DNA of 64,000 bases from Bugula neritina (taxonomy: Eukaryota; Animalia; Bryozoa), in assembly GCA_964035545.1 (NCBI GenBank), contig OZ037765.1, positions 35,054,080 to 35,118,079 of the forward strand, read 5' to 3'. Positions 45,201 to 56,500 of this stretch are shown here, piece by piece. Both the position numbers and the translations under genes were made by a program. The notes beneath the pieces were generated by a model that was given only the letters and a program-made list of their open reading frames with translations, was not told the origin of the DNA and made no database searches. Within the stretch, counting starts at the first letter, position 1; the number at the start of each line of letters is the position of its first letter.

Positions 45201-48200
45201 TTGCAGATTAATCAGGACTTCCTCCTTAATATTAATAGTTCTGATCATCTGGTGGAGGTACTGTCTGGTGTCTGCTAGAAACTGCTTCACTTGTAAGTTG
45301 GAGTCTAATTGGTGGAACTCTTGCACCTGTGAACCAATCATACATCTTCTTGCATACTCACAAGTTTAGAGCAACACACAACACCTTTATTTTATCGGTA
45401 GAAACGTATACTAAATATCATCAGAACTGTCATGGAGAGGTTAGTGAAACTACGACACTACCTCTTCCAGTGCCTGCATCAGCTGAACTATCTTACGACC
45501 AGCTGACGTGGAGTCGTCGTGGTTTAGTGAGTCCATTTGAGCACTCATTGAAGAAAACCATGTCTGCAATTTATCTACAAGAAGAATAACACAAGTTTAT
45601 AATATAACTTATAGTATTTCATAGTGACAACCACACACTATAGTATCATTACGCCAGACTAACACACACTATAGTATCGCTACGCCAGTCTAACACACTA
45701 TAGTATCACTACGCCAGTCTAACACACTATAGTATCACTACGCCAGACTAACACACACTATAGTATCACTACGCCAGACTAACACACACTATAGTATCAC
45801 TACGCCAGACTAACACACTCTTGTATCACTACGCCAGACTAACACACACTTGTATTACTACGCCAGACTAACCGTTCTTCTGCACTCTGGTTAAAGGTTT
45901 AGTTCCAGAAAAGACGTCAGCCAACTCCTGCATTCTCTCTCGGCATTCCTTCTTACAACTCTCCCACTTCTTCTCCTTTTCATCCAACATTTTTCTAAAC
46001 ATCTACCAACATAAGATTCATTGCTTCAACCAGACACAGTGTTAGTTGAGTTACAGTTTACTCAGAGAGAGTTAGTTGAGTTACAGTTTACTCAGAGAGT
46101 GTTAGTTGAGTTACAGTGTACTCAGAAAGAGTTAGTTGAGTTACAGTTTACTCAGAGAATGTTAGTTGAGTTACAGTTTACTCAGAGAGTGTTAGTTGAG
46201 TTACAGTGTACTCAGAAAGAGTTAGTTGAGTTACAGTTTACTCAGAGAGTGTTAGTTGAGTTACAGTGTACTCAGAGAGTGTTAGTTGAGTTACAGTTTA
46301 CTCAGAGAGTGTTAGTTCAGTTACAGTGTACTCAGAGAGTGTTAGTTGAATTACAGTTTACTCAGAGAGTGTTAGTTGAGTTACAGTGTACTCAGAAAGA
46401 GTTAGTTGAGTTACAGTTTACTCAGAGAGTGTTAGTTGAGTTACAGTGTACTCAGAGAGTGTTAGTTGAGTTACAGTTTACTCAGAGAGTGTTAGTTCAG
46501 TTACAGTGTACTCAGAGAGTGTTAGTTGAGTTACAGTTTACTCAGAGAGTGTTAGTTCAGTTACAGTGTACTCAGAGAGTGTTAGTTGAGTTACAGCGTA
46601 CTCAGAGAGAGTTAGTTGAGTTACAGTGTACTCAGAGAGAGTTAGTTGAGTTACAGTGTACTCAGAGAGAGTTAGTTCAGTTACAGTGTACTCAGAGAGA
46701 GTTAGTTGAGTTACAGTTTACTCAGAGAGAGTTAGTTGAGTTACAGTTTACTCAGAGAGTGTTAGTTGAGTTACAGTGTACTCAGAGAGTGTTAGTTGAG
46801 TTACAGTGTACTCAGAGAGAGTTAGTTGAGTTACAGTTTACTCAGAGAGAGTTAGTTGAGTTACAGTTTACTCAGAGAGTGTTAGTTGAGTTACAGTTTA
46901 CTCAGAGAGAGGTCATCTTATGTTTCATCTTCAGTAGAAAATATAATTCAGTGTATAACCACTAGTCTATAGTGAGAGATTAATTATATGCTGCTTAATG
47001 AACTTGTAATCAGAGTAATAATATAAATAGTAATATATAAATAATAATATAAATACAATAATCTACTCATATAGATAGAAGTCACATGTTGCAGAAAGCT
47101 GCAGGGCGGGAGTTATCATACCAAACATATTCTACTTATTATTCTATATTTAGAAAGACTCACTTCTCTTAGCTTCAGTTCCAACTTGGCCACATCCATG
47201 AGAACTTGTAGAAGTTGGAGGGGGTTAGCTTTACTCTCCTGAGTGACTTGCTCCCGTATCAGTTTGCATCTCTTGTTGGCCTCCACCACTGTACAGGATA
47301 AGAGTATGTTACATAGTAGAGTAGAGCTGTGACAGGTGGGGGGGGGGGTTACCAGCCCGACCCAAACTACTCACCAGTTGAGAGGACCTGAGTGTGCAGC
47401 ATGAGCCACCTGATGGATACGTTGGCCTCCCGGATGAGTGCCATGAGTTTAGAGATGTTGTCCAGCACGTACACTTCCTGTAGCACGCCCTCCTTTAGCG
47501 CCTGCACCAGCTTCGGCTGCACTTGCACCAGCTTCTTAGCGTGCTGCGTATAGACAGAGTACTGCATGGTAACAAGGTGGTTGTTATGGTACTGCGTAGT
47601 AACAAGGTGGCTGCTATGGTACTGCGTAGTAACAAGGTGGTTGCTATGGTACTGTGTAATAACAAGGTGGTTGCTATGGTACTGTGTAGTAACAAGGTGG
47701 TTGCTATGGTAACTTGTTGCAAACAAACCTTGATAGACTGCTCTCGCACGTTGTTGACATCCAGAGTGTTGTTGAGTGCAGTGGACGCTGCCTTAAACTG
47801 CTGCCAGGAGTCCACCAGGTTGATGGTTATTCCCATGTAGACACTGATAACCTGCAGACACACAGTGAGACATGTCATCTGAGACAGGCTGGTTGGCAGG
47901 TGTCACTGGTGAGCACTAACAAACCTACTCAACACAGACACACAGATATGCAGAGGACACACAAACAGACACACAGACAGACACACAGACAGACAGACAC
48001 ACAGACAGACAGACAGACAAACACACACACAGACAGACACACAGACAGACACAGAGACAGACAAACACATAGGTAGGCAACAGAGACTCACCCAGTTGTC
48101 CGGGAAGTGTTTGTCCACGATCTCCCTCATCTTGGCCGGCTCTGAGTGGAGAATCCCGGGAGAGAAGAAGAGGATAATGTAGAGCATGCCGGCCTGAGTG

Positions 48201-50906
48201 GCCAGGGCCGTGCTGCGGTGCTCGGGGAGGGGGTAGGCGGCTATCTGGTTGTACACGTCGTCAGATCTCAGTCTACCTATCAGCATGTCTACATACTCTT
48301 CATTGACTGGAACTCTCCTGGCAGATATATTATATGATATATTACTACGAGATATATTATATGATATATTACTACGAGATTTATCATATGACATATTACT
48401 ACTAGATATAACATATCATATATTACTACAATATATTATATATTATATTACCAAGAGATATATTATAATATAGCAACACGCAAAGAGACGTACTGGAAGT
48501 AAGAGACGGGGTAGTTGGCCGGCAGCTTAGCTCCCGGCAGCTGACTCAGTCCTGTACTCCTCATCAACTTGCAGACGTCGTCTATGTTAGAGTTGAAAGA
48601 TGCGTTCTGTGCACTGCAAGGAGTTAGCTGCTGATTACACTCGGTATAACTGAACACATTTCATTAGGAGAAACAGGAGATAAGCTGTTGATATCCACAC
48701 TTCAATCGTAACAGAATATATACAGCTATGTTATTCTGTGTTATTCATCATAGCCAGAGTTCTCGGAAATACCTGTAACGGTGGTAGGAGACGAGCATTC
48801 TCTCTCTCACTATTCCCTCAACTTTGAGATCCACAACTAAGAGTATAACACCGTAGAGATACAAGGCTTCACACTGCAAGTATATACCACTTAGTATTAT
48901 ATGTATGTATATAGGCATATATTATACCACTTAGTGTTATATGTATGTATATAGATATATATTATACTAGTTAGTGTTATATGTATGTATATAGATATAT
49001 ATTATACCACTTAGTGTTATATGTATGTATATAGATATATATTATACTAATAACTAGGAGTTATCTACTCACAAGGAGTTGTTTCCCATCACCATTGAGT
49101 AGCACACTCTCCAACGTCTGCTGTATGTATACTCCTTCTTCCAGTTCCTCCAGGAATCTACACAAATGGAATAGCTGTGAGAAACACCTCAATAGAGTCA
49201 TCCAAGAGAGGGCAATTCTGTTTATTGATCACAATATACCACCAATATCATCTCATACTGCCAAACTGATGTCAAATTATTCTTATGTTTAAATATTTAC
49301 CATATAAAATATGATAGCTATACTGAATCTGATACAAAGTACAGTATTGTAAGGCCACACCTACCTGTTCAAATCTGTAATATACTTATGAATTCCTTCA
49401 AAGGCCGAGTAGAACCTATTCAGTATATCAATATGATTCTCTCTGAACTCATCGTCAAAATCTTGGATATCCTAAACGATATATCATTATAGTAATATGT
49501 TGAATATCCTATACAATATATAGTAATATGTTGAATATACTATACAATATATAGTAATATGTTGAATATACTATACAATGTATAGTAATATGTTGAATAT
49601 ATTATACAATGTATAGTAATATGTTGAATATACTATACAATATATAGTAATATGTTGAATATCCTATACAATATATAGTAATATGTTGAATATACTATAC
49701 AATATATAGTAATATGTTGAATATCCTATACAATATATAGTAATATGTTGAATATACTATACAATATATAGTAATATGTTGAATATACTATACAATATAT
49801 AGTAATATGTTGAATATCCTATACAATATATAGTAATATGTTGAATATACTATACAATATATAGTAATATGTTGAATATACTATACAATATATAGTAATA
49901 TGTTGAATATACTATACAATATATAGTAATATGTTGAATATACTATACAATATATAGTAATATGTTGAATATCCTATACAATATATAGTAATATGTTGAA
50001 TATACTATACAATATATAGTAATATGTTGAATATACTATACAATGTATAGTAATATGTTGAATATATTATACAATGTATAGTAATATGTTGAATATATTA
50101 TACAATATATAGTAATATGTTGAATATCCTATACAATATATAGTAATATGTTGAATATACTATACAATATATAGTAATATGTTGAATATCCTATACAATA
50201 TATAGTAATATGTTGAATATACTATACAATATATAGTAATATGTTGAATATACTATACAATATATAGTAATATGTTGAATATACTATACAATGTATAGTA
50301 ATATGTTGAATATACTATACAATATATAGTAATATGTTGAATATATTATACAATATATAGTAATATGTTGAATATCCTATACAATATATAGTAATATGTT
50401 GAATATACTATACAATATATAGTAATATGTTGAATATACTATACAATATATAGTAATATGTTGAATATACTATACAATATATAGTAATTTGTTGAATATA
50501 TTATACAATATATAGTAATATGTTGAATATACTATACAATATATAGTAATATGTTGAATATACTATACAATATATAGTAATATGTTGAATATACTATACA
50601 ATATATAGTAATATGTTGAATATATTATACAATATATAGTAATATGTTGAATATACTATACAATATATAGTAATACAACAAACTCACTATGTTGGTTTCG
50701 ATCTTGTGGTCGTAGGATACGGCGTTGTTGAAGTAACTGAAATCAAAGATAATGTCAGCGTGTTTGTCCTGCTGCTTGATGTCCATACGAAACGCCGGAG
50801 GTACAAACTCCGAGAGACGGAGTATTTCTGCTATGATGGCGTTACCTCTGGACACGAGACGCAGAAGAGTCTGCCCGCAGGCATTGTTCTCAGCCAGGAA
50901 GTCCAT
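33294..50906 (-). CDS. WASHC5: WASH complex subunit 5 (strumpellin), multi-exon (about 27 coding exons)
   Basis: N-terminus [32 protein letters not shown]. Internal [30 protein letters not shown] and [27 protein letters not shown]-terminus [20 protein letters not shown] with stop at 33294-33296. Confidence 0.97.
34308..34588. repeat. ~57-bp tandem repeat x5 in a WASHC5 intron
   Basis: aagtctcagtacactaggatgtatttatagactatagaatagtcaatagcaagtga units. Confidence 0.9.
36748..40702 (+). mobile_element. Full-length RTE-clade (BovB-like) non-LTR retrotransposon, ~3.95 kb, 12-bp target site duplication
   Basis: ATATTTATAGTG at 36736-36747 and 40703-40714; ~660-bp 5' UTR; single intact ORF; short (CA) tail; antisense to WASHC5. 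Confidence 0.93.
37410..40598 (+). CDS. RTE polyprotein: AP-endonuclease + reverse transcriptase + C-terminal C2H2 finger (1062 aa)
   Basis: [29 protein letters not shown] (endonuclease); [33 protein letters not shown] (RT); [21 protein letters not shown]. Confidence 0.96.
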   Translation: MNIATWNVRTMMDNDKSNRPERRTAFIARELRRLNVDIAALQETRLADEGQLTEIGGGYTFFWRGKPADEQRVHGVGFAIKNEVVRKLDQLPVGINDRMMTLQLNLRRNRKATLISAYAPTLLADHQEKEQFYSNLDMVLSGIPKSAKIMVLGDFNARVGKDHHVWKKIIGKDGTGKLNSNGEILLTKCAEHSLVITNTLFRQKDRRKTSWRHPRSGHWHLIDYIIVKQRDVQDVCITRAMDLSDACWTDHRLILAKMNICIHPKQMNRKRKQTKINLSLLNQPEIKQSFQSELTENIQDIDINSTHGSWEVLRDSILKTCHSTLGKPERKHEDWFDDNEQEINELIKEKRHAFSLWHQDYRNVEKREHYHKMRRKVQARIRTIKNDWWIRKSEELQRLAETNSSKEFFSATKRLYGPIFGGCGPIASKDGSTIHKGKDEIKGRWAEHFSELLNQDTMVDEKTLECLPQLSILTHLAEPPTIDELEKALSMTKSGKAAGPDGIPGEIFKGGGLELNRKLLELFQLIWEKESLHPDLKDANIVTLYKKGNRADCGNYRGISLLSIAGKLLARIVSFRLGQLTERCLPESQCGFRPYRGTVDMIFAARQIQEKCLEQHRDLFMAFIDLKKAFDTVHRPTLWKVLGKIGCPDKLVTIIRILHDDMKASVLVDGDHSKEFPVNTGVKQGCVIAPTLFSIFLTAVLQLVSECMPSGVRIRYRFNDIFNVRRLRAKTKTATEAIHELQYADDNMIMAHSEEELQLALTAFNTAYTSLGLTLNAKKTQVMYQPHPNTERHEDFSLKVGDQILDQVTTFNYLGSCLSSKANIDAEINRRLQAASSAFGRLQTRIFNNKDIYRQTKLKVYKAIVLPTLLYASETWVTYSHNLLSLERFHNRSLRRILGVKWQDRQTTNSVLDKAQTTSITTMIVKRQLKWSGHVVRMDDNRLPKKIMYSELNTGNRSQGGQRKRYKDTLHESLKQCFIRPQTWEVQALDRKNWRTVVHQGTAIFEQQQRQKREHKRLLRKSRELGSVTHPPVTNSSNICPHCGKLCRSRIGLVSHLRTHNL
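41576..42512. repeat. 23-bp minisatellite (tatgtagctatatatgacagtac) filling a WASHC5 intron
   Basis: About 40 near-identical copies. Confidence 0.97.
43783..44024. repeat. 52-bp tandem repeat spanning almost an entire WASHC5 intron
   Basis: cacacagtattctgcaggtaacaccttcactgcagcagtgtactatacataa units between exon boundaries at 43780 and ~44025. Confidence 0.9.
44136..44349 (-). repeat. 26-bp x8 repeat made of acceptor TGTAG plus the first 21 nt of a WASHC5 exon
   Basis: Minus unit attatacctgagacgatgttctgtag; the true exon (IIPETMF...) starts at 44156. Confidence 0.92.
44805..45159. repeat. (CACT)n / (GACT)n microsatellite continuous with a GTGAGT donor
   Basis: Minus strand reads AG|GTGAGTGAGTGAGT at the exon end (45160). 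Confidence 0.9.
45632..45872. repeat. ~30-32 bp repeat containing the donor GTTAGT
   Basis: acacactatagtatcactacgccagacta units ending at the exon boundary. Confidence 0.85.
46039..46911. repeat. 30-bp intronic minisatellite
   Basis: gttagttgagttacagtttactcagagagt x ~29; source of the spurious 314-aa ORF. Confidence 0.97.
47559..47713. repeat. 30-bp repeat containing an acceptor-like CAG|TAC
   Basis: gtaacaaggtggttgctatggtactgcgta units; real acceptor ATGCAG|TACTCT near 47562. Confidence 0.8.
49487..50675. repeat. 30-bp AT-rich minisatellite filling WASHC5 coding intron 1
   Basis: atatatagtaatatgttgaatatactataca-type units; some read TAG|GATAT on the minus strand, like the true acceptor at 49471. 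Confidence 0.95.
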
Positions 50907-53529
50907 CTGACCTTCCAGTGACCTTCGAGTGGTCCTGCTGTAAACTATATAGACATTCGCTGATCAGCAGTATTATGTATTGAATGGAATTCTACTGAGT
51001 ACAGGTTCTAATTATGACTACTTCTTATTGTAGAAATCAATTGGATGCTGTGGAAGATAGCATTAATAATGTATATGTTGCAGTGCATACTATGAATTCT
51101 GCCTCATCACTTTGATAAATATAATAACTGATAATACTAGTAACAGTAGATCAGCTCCTACAACTTCTCAATTTTGATGCAAATAAAAAATATGTAAAAC
51201 TACAATAAATTACTATTAACAAAACATATATTAGGCTATCATGATCATTACCTCATCACAAATCATATTTCAAATTATTCTCAGCAACTAATTTACAGCA
51301 ACTTAATGTTAGTTAGTGAATGGTTATCAGTGAATGTTGAATAAGATCATGATAGCAACCAAAGAGTATGACTAGGAATAGAAGTTACTTCTAGTGAGTA
51401 GGCTAATCCTTAATCTTATATTTATTCAACATTAACAAACATTACTGAAGCTTCCTTATGATAGATTATAAGTCACTGTTTCACTGGTCGTCAATTTTCA
51501 GCTGAATCACTTTCAAATAACTTTGACTATCAGCATCATTATTATTACAATTACAAATATGATTATAGATAAATATTTTAAAAGATTTTAAATAAAGATA
51601 ATAGACTAAATCTCAGGCTGATATGAAGACCACAACTATTAGCAATAGTCCATTACAATTACTAAAAGTATAACATTAACTATGAGTATTAAAATTCAAC
51701 ATTTTTACTCCAGTCTATAAATCGAAGTATAACATTAGTAATACTAATAGTAACAATAGCAGTAATACCAAAATAAAATATCACCAATATGCATCATAAA
51801 TTACATATCCACTAACTAATGATAATAGTTATACTTATAGTGCTTCCTGTACTACTGCTAGTAGCAGTAAAATTAAATAAGTGAACGTATTGCTTTATTG
51901 TTATTACTAGTAACATAAGCTAACATTAAATTTAGTGATTATCATTCAGCTGAAGTTTTACTGTGCTGCAATATTAAGTATAACTATAGATACTATCAGG
52001 CATAGGCATAGGATTAATTAATCTAAACTTTTAATTTTATGTTAAACATATGACAAAGTTTAAGTTAATAAATGATATTTATAATTTGCACTCATAACTT
52101 AGTTATGATTTATGACTATGAGCACAAATAGTATTTATTGCCATTACTGAGCATTACTATTAGTATTACATCTTGATCTAGTTCTACTGCTAAAACCTAA
52201 AAGTTTAACTCTAAAAGAAGAGCAAGTCTATCAATATTAATATGGAAATCATTTTGTTATTGTAAGGCTAAGCATAAGTGTCAGTAATAAGATCAAGATT
52301 AAGTATTGGATTTAGTAATAGTTATACTTATTGTTAACTTAAAGTTAAACTACAAGACTAAGTTTTCAGAGTTAATCTTAGTTCTGGTTGACATGAACAT
52401 GATCATCATGCCATTAGCTAGAGCGTGACTGATTACTATAACACTAAAATTATAACTATTTTAAATTACTTCTACTTTTAGTGAAACTAATTAAAATTTA
52501 CATTTTTATGTTGATATACTTTTAGTTTTACTTTTAGTCATTTTGATTTACTATTTTAATTTTATTTATAACAATAACATCACATTTCACATCAGAGTAT
52601 CACTTGAATTTATGAAAGTAAATGAGAAAGCGTCAACTGCTCATTTACTTTAACCATTGCTTATGTGAATGTGGCTTCAGAGTCATAATGATAATCATCA
52701 TGAATGAAATAAATTAAATTTCCTGTAGCACTACCAATTTTAATTTAGCATTATGAACCCCCCTCCCCTTACAGCAGGAAACAGCGCATGATAAACTAGC
52801 CAATTACATTGTCTCAATAATTGCGCTTAATAAATAGCTTTCGATCCAAAGTTATTGTCGTATTTTCAATCAAAGCTACGTTATTTTGTAAAGTGTTTTT
52901 TTAATTACTTGAACTAAGCCTTTCTTTGATTCGCTACAAGTCTTTTCCAAGGGTGATAGGTAAACAGTTTTATCACATTGACATTGCTATGCTATCTTAA
53001 TCCTGACAATTCCTAGTCATTTGTTTAAAGGCAAACTTGAAATCAATAGCACTAGTAACAAAAATGATGAGAAAAAGATCCTTTTTTGTAAAATTGTTAT
53101 ATTCATTGCTGTGTTTTAGTACTTCTTTTCATATCGATATCATTATATACTTATAATATTAATAGTATTGTACTATTTAGCTGAATGTTTTAATCTTTAC
53201 AGTTGAAGCTCAAATTCTGAGTGAGACGTTTTTTAGATAAGCAGAAGGTAAAAACTATAGGTATGATCAAAAGTAAATGTTTAAGACTTGAAGTAATATA
53301 ACTGCATGTATCAAAAAATAAAGTTTAAGCAATTGCCTATAAAATGGTTTTAAATAAAAATCCCAGACGTTTACTCACCAGTTTAGTGCTCAGTTAGTTA
53401 AAACAGTAACAGTCACTAAACTGAAATTTATATAACGAGTTGCTTAAATAACATTCTTAACGCAGTTTTAAGTTTATTAAAAATTTTCTCATTTGTTAAG
53501 TTTCTTTTTAGGGCCAATTCTAATCAACA

Positions 53530-56500
53530 ATGAGTGGAAAACCCAAGTCAGGTAAATCCGGAGGGCTGAGAAGTGTAAGTTGCTATGGCATAATGGTTTC
53601 TTTACATCTTATATGTACAGATTCAAGTTTTAGTGACCTTATCAAAGTTTGTACATTCAAGGAAGCTATTTTGTCCAGTCTCTTTATTACATTTGTTGTA
53701 TGCCCATCTCACTGCTCATTCTAAGATCTAAGTTAGGCCTACATGTAACTTTCTTTGCATAAATATAGTTTTACTTTATTTAATAAAACAAACAAATAAG
53801 GATGCACAAACACTCAAGTGTTGAAGTAATAAAATGCTGGTATTCAACCATTTACACAGTATAATATATACACTAAGCATTTTTGGTATTTAAAATCCAT
53901 TTTAGCATCAGGGTTGGGGTCAATCGCATGTGAATGTAATTAATTACTTTTATCACAACCCTGTTTAGCATATTGAAAAATAATTGTCCCCACTGGGAAT
54001 CGAACCCGAGACCTCTGGCATGCAAGCAAGTTCGCTAACCATTACACCACGGAGAACCACTGGGTAAACTTATCACTACACATATATACTGAACTATGAT
54101 TCTTTTCCAAACAATATCTTCTCTACTAAATTTCTTACTCTAAATAATATAATAAATATATTATGATAATAGTAATTTGTGTATATTATTGTTGTGTATA
54201 GGGTGCAGCAGGTGGTAGTAAAGTGACTACTAAGGATGTAGCTAAGCCAGGAGCTATGGCCAGGAGAACACCAGCTGGTCTGGTACCAAACATGGACCCG
54301 ATTCCCATGGACCGTCTTGCTGACGGCTCATTAGCTCCTAAGGGTTAGTGCAAGTCCTATAATGAAGCTTTCAGGCTGTCTTTAGTAATGGGCTATTTTC
54401 TTCTGATTCTTCTTTATCTATTGTTTAATTTTAACATTAAAAAGCTTTCACAGCTTTTTACATTATATTATATTATATAGCATTACATTATATTATATTA
54501 CATTATATTATATTGCATTATATTATATTATATTATATTACATTATATTATATTATACTGCATTGTATCATATTGCATTACATTATATTATATTACATTA
54601 TATTATATTATATTATATCGCATTATATTATTATACTGTTATCTGTATTTCAATTCATAGTCATGCATATAAATTGTTTGTTATTTACTACAAACAAGAA
54701 AATTATTGGTGTTAAACAGCTTTTTAATATTTATATATTTATATGTGTTATATTTATTAATTATTGTAAAAATATCACTTCTTTTATATTTATATATTAT
54801 TCTTTCTATTGTTATGCTTTATTATATTTATGTTATATACCATTTATTTTGTATATTATCATTATCATTATGCAGGGTACACAATGAGACCAGTAGTCGC
54901 TGCCAAAAACTATGATGTGGTCAGTTTTGCCAGAGCTATGAACGATGACTTTGCTCCTCGAGTCAAGAAGCTCTTTGATCCGGAGAGGAAGGCAGCAGTG
55001 GAAGCTCAGAGAACTGGTGAGTCATAGTACCCTCTCTAACAACTAGTACCCTCTCTAGCAACTATTACCCTCTCTAGTAACTAGTACCCTCTCTAGCAAC
55101 TGGTACCCTCTCTAGTAACTAGTACCCTCTCTAGTAACTAGTACCCTCTCTAGCTACTAGTACCCTCTATAGTAACTAGTATCCTCTCTAGTAACTAGTA
55201 CCCTCTCTAGTAACTAGTACCCTCTCTAGCTACTAGTACCCTCTCTAGTAACTATTACCCTCTCTAGCTACTAGTATCCTCTCTAGTAACTAGTATCCTC
55301 TCTAGCTACTAGTACCCTAATGGAAAGTTATGTGTATTCTGTAGTCAGGTGTTTTTCTCACTTCAATGTGCAAATCGTAATTGTCCTCTCACTGCCATGA
55401 TTTCTGTGCAGGTGTGTACATCGGCTGGAGGTTACCTGGTCAGAAATTCGACTGTCAGCGAGTGAGTGACACCTCTCTGTGCTTCTGCGGTCACTTGCTC
55501 GGCGAGCATGCTCAGTACAATGGTAAGTATACTCAGTACAATAGTAAGTACACTCAGTACAATGGTAAGTATACTCAGTACAATAGTAAGTATACTCAGT
55601 ACAATAGTAAGTATACTCAGTACAATAGTAAGTATACTCAGTACAATAGTAAGTATACTCAGTACAATGGTAAGTATACTCAGTACATTGGTAAGTATAC
55701 TCAGTACAATAGTAAGTATACTCAGTACAATGGTAAGTATACTCAGTACAATGGTAAGTATACTCAGTACAATGGTAAGTACACTCAGTACAATAGTAAG
55801 TATACTCAGTACAATAGTAAGTATACTCAGTACAATGGTAAGTATACTCAGTACAATGGTAAGTACACTCAGTACAATGGTAAGTATACTCAGTACAATG
55901 GTAAGTACACCCAGTACAATGGTAAGTACACTCAGTACAATGGTAAGTAGATACTACATAATATATATGTACAGTCTATAAGATATGCATGTACTATATC
56001 GTGTTACCTAACAATGCCGTAGGTCGCAGTGTGAGGGTCCCTTGCGCTCAAACAGGATGTAAGTGCAAAGCCTTCCAGTGGATTCCTTCTCGACCAGAAG
56101 ATGTGGGGGAGTTCTGGCACCAGAGGAGAAGGAACTTTGACCCGACCACCTGGAGGGCCAAGTGTCGGTGTAAGCACTCCCACGAGCAGCATGACTGTAC
56201 CGGCATGAAGGCCTGCAGAGCTAGAGGTATTCTCTCTCCTATTCTAAGACTAGTTACCTGCAGAGCTAGAGGTATTCTCTCTCCTACTCTAAGACTAGTT
56301 ACCTGCAGAGCTAGAGGTATTCTCTCTCCTACTCTAAGACTAGTTACCTGCAGAGCTAGAGGTATTCTCTCTCCTACTCTAAGACTAGTTACCTGCAGAG
56401 CTAGAGGTATTCTCTCTCCTACTCTAAGACTAGTTACCTGCAGAGCTAGAGGTATTCTCTCTCCTACTCTAAGACTAGTTACCTGCAGAGCTAGAGGTAT

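Noticed and set aside
53985-54057. Functional tRNA-Ala gene
   Set aside because: Mismatches in the acceptor, D and anticodon stems; reported as tRNA-derived only.
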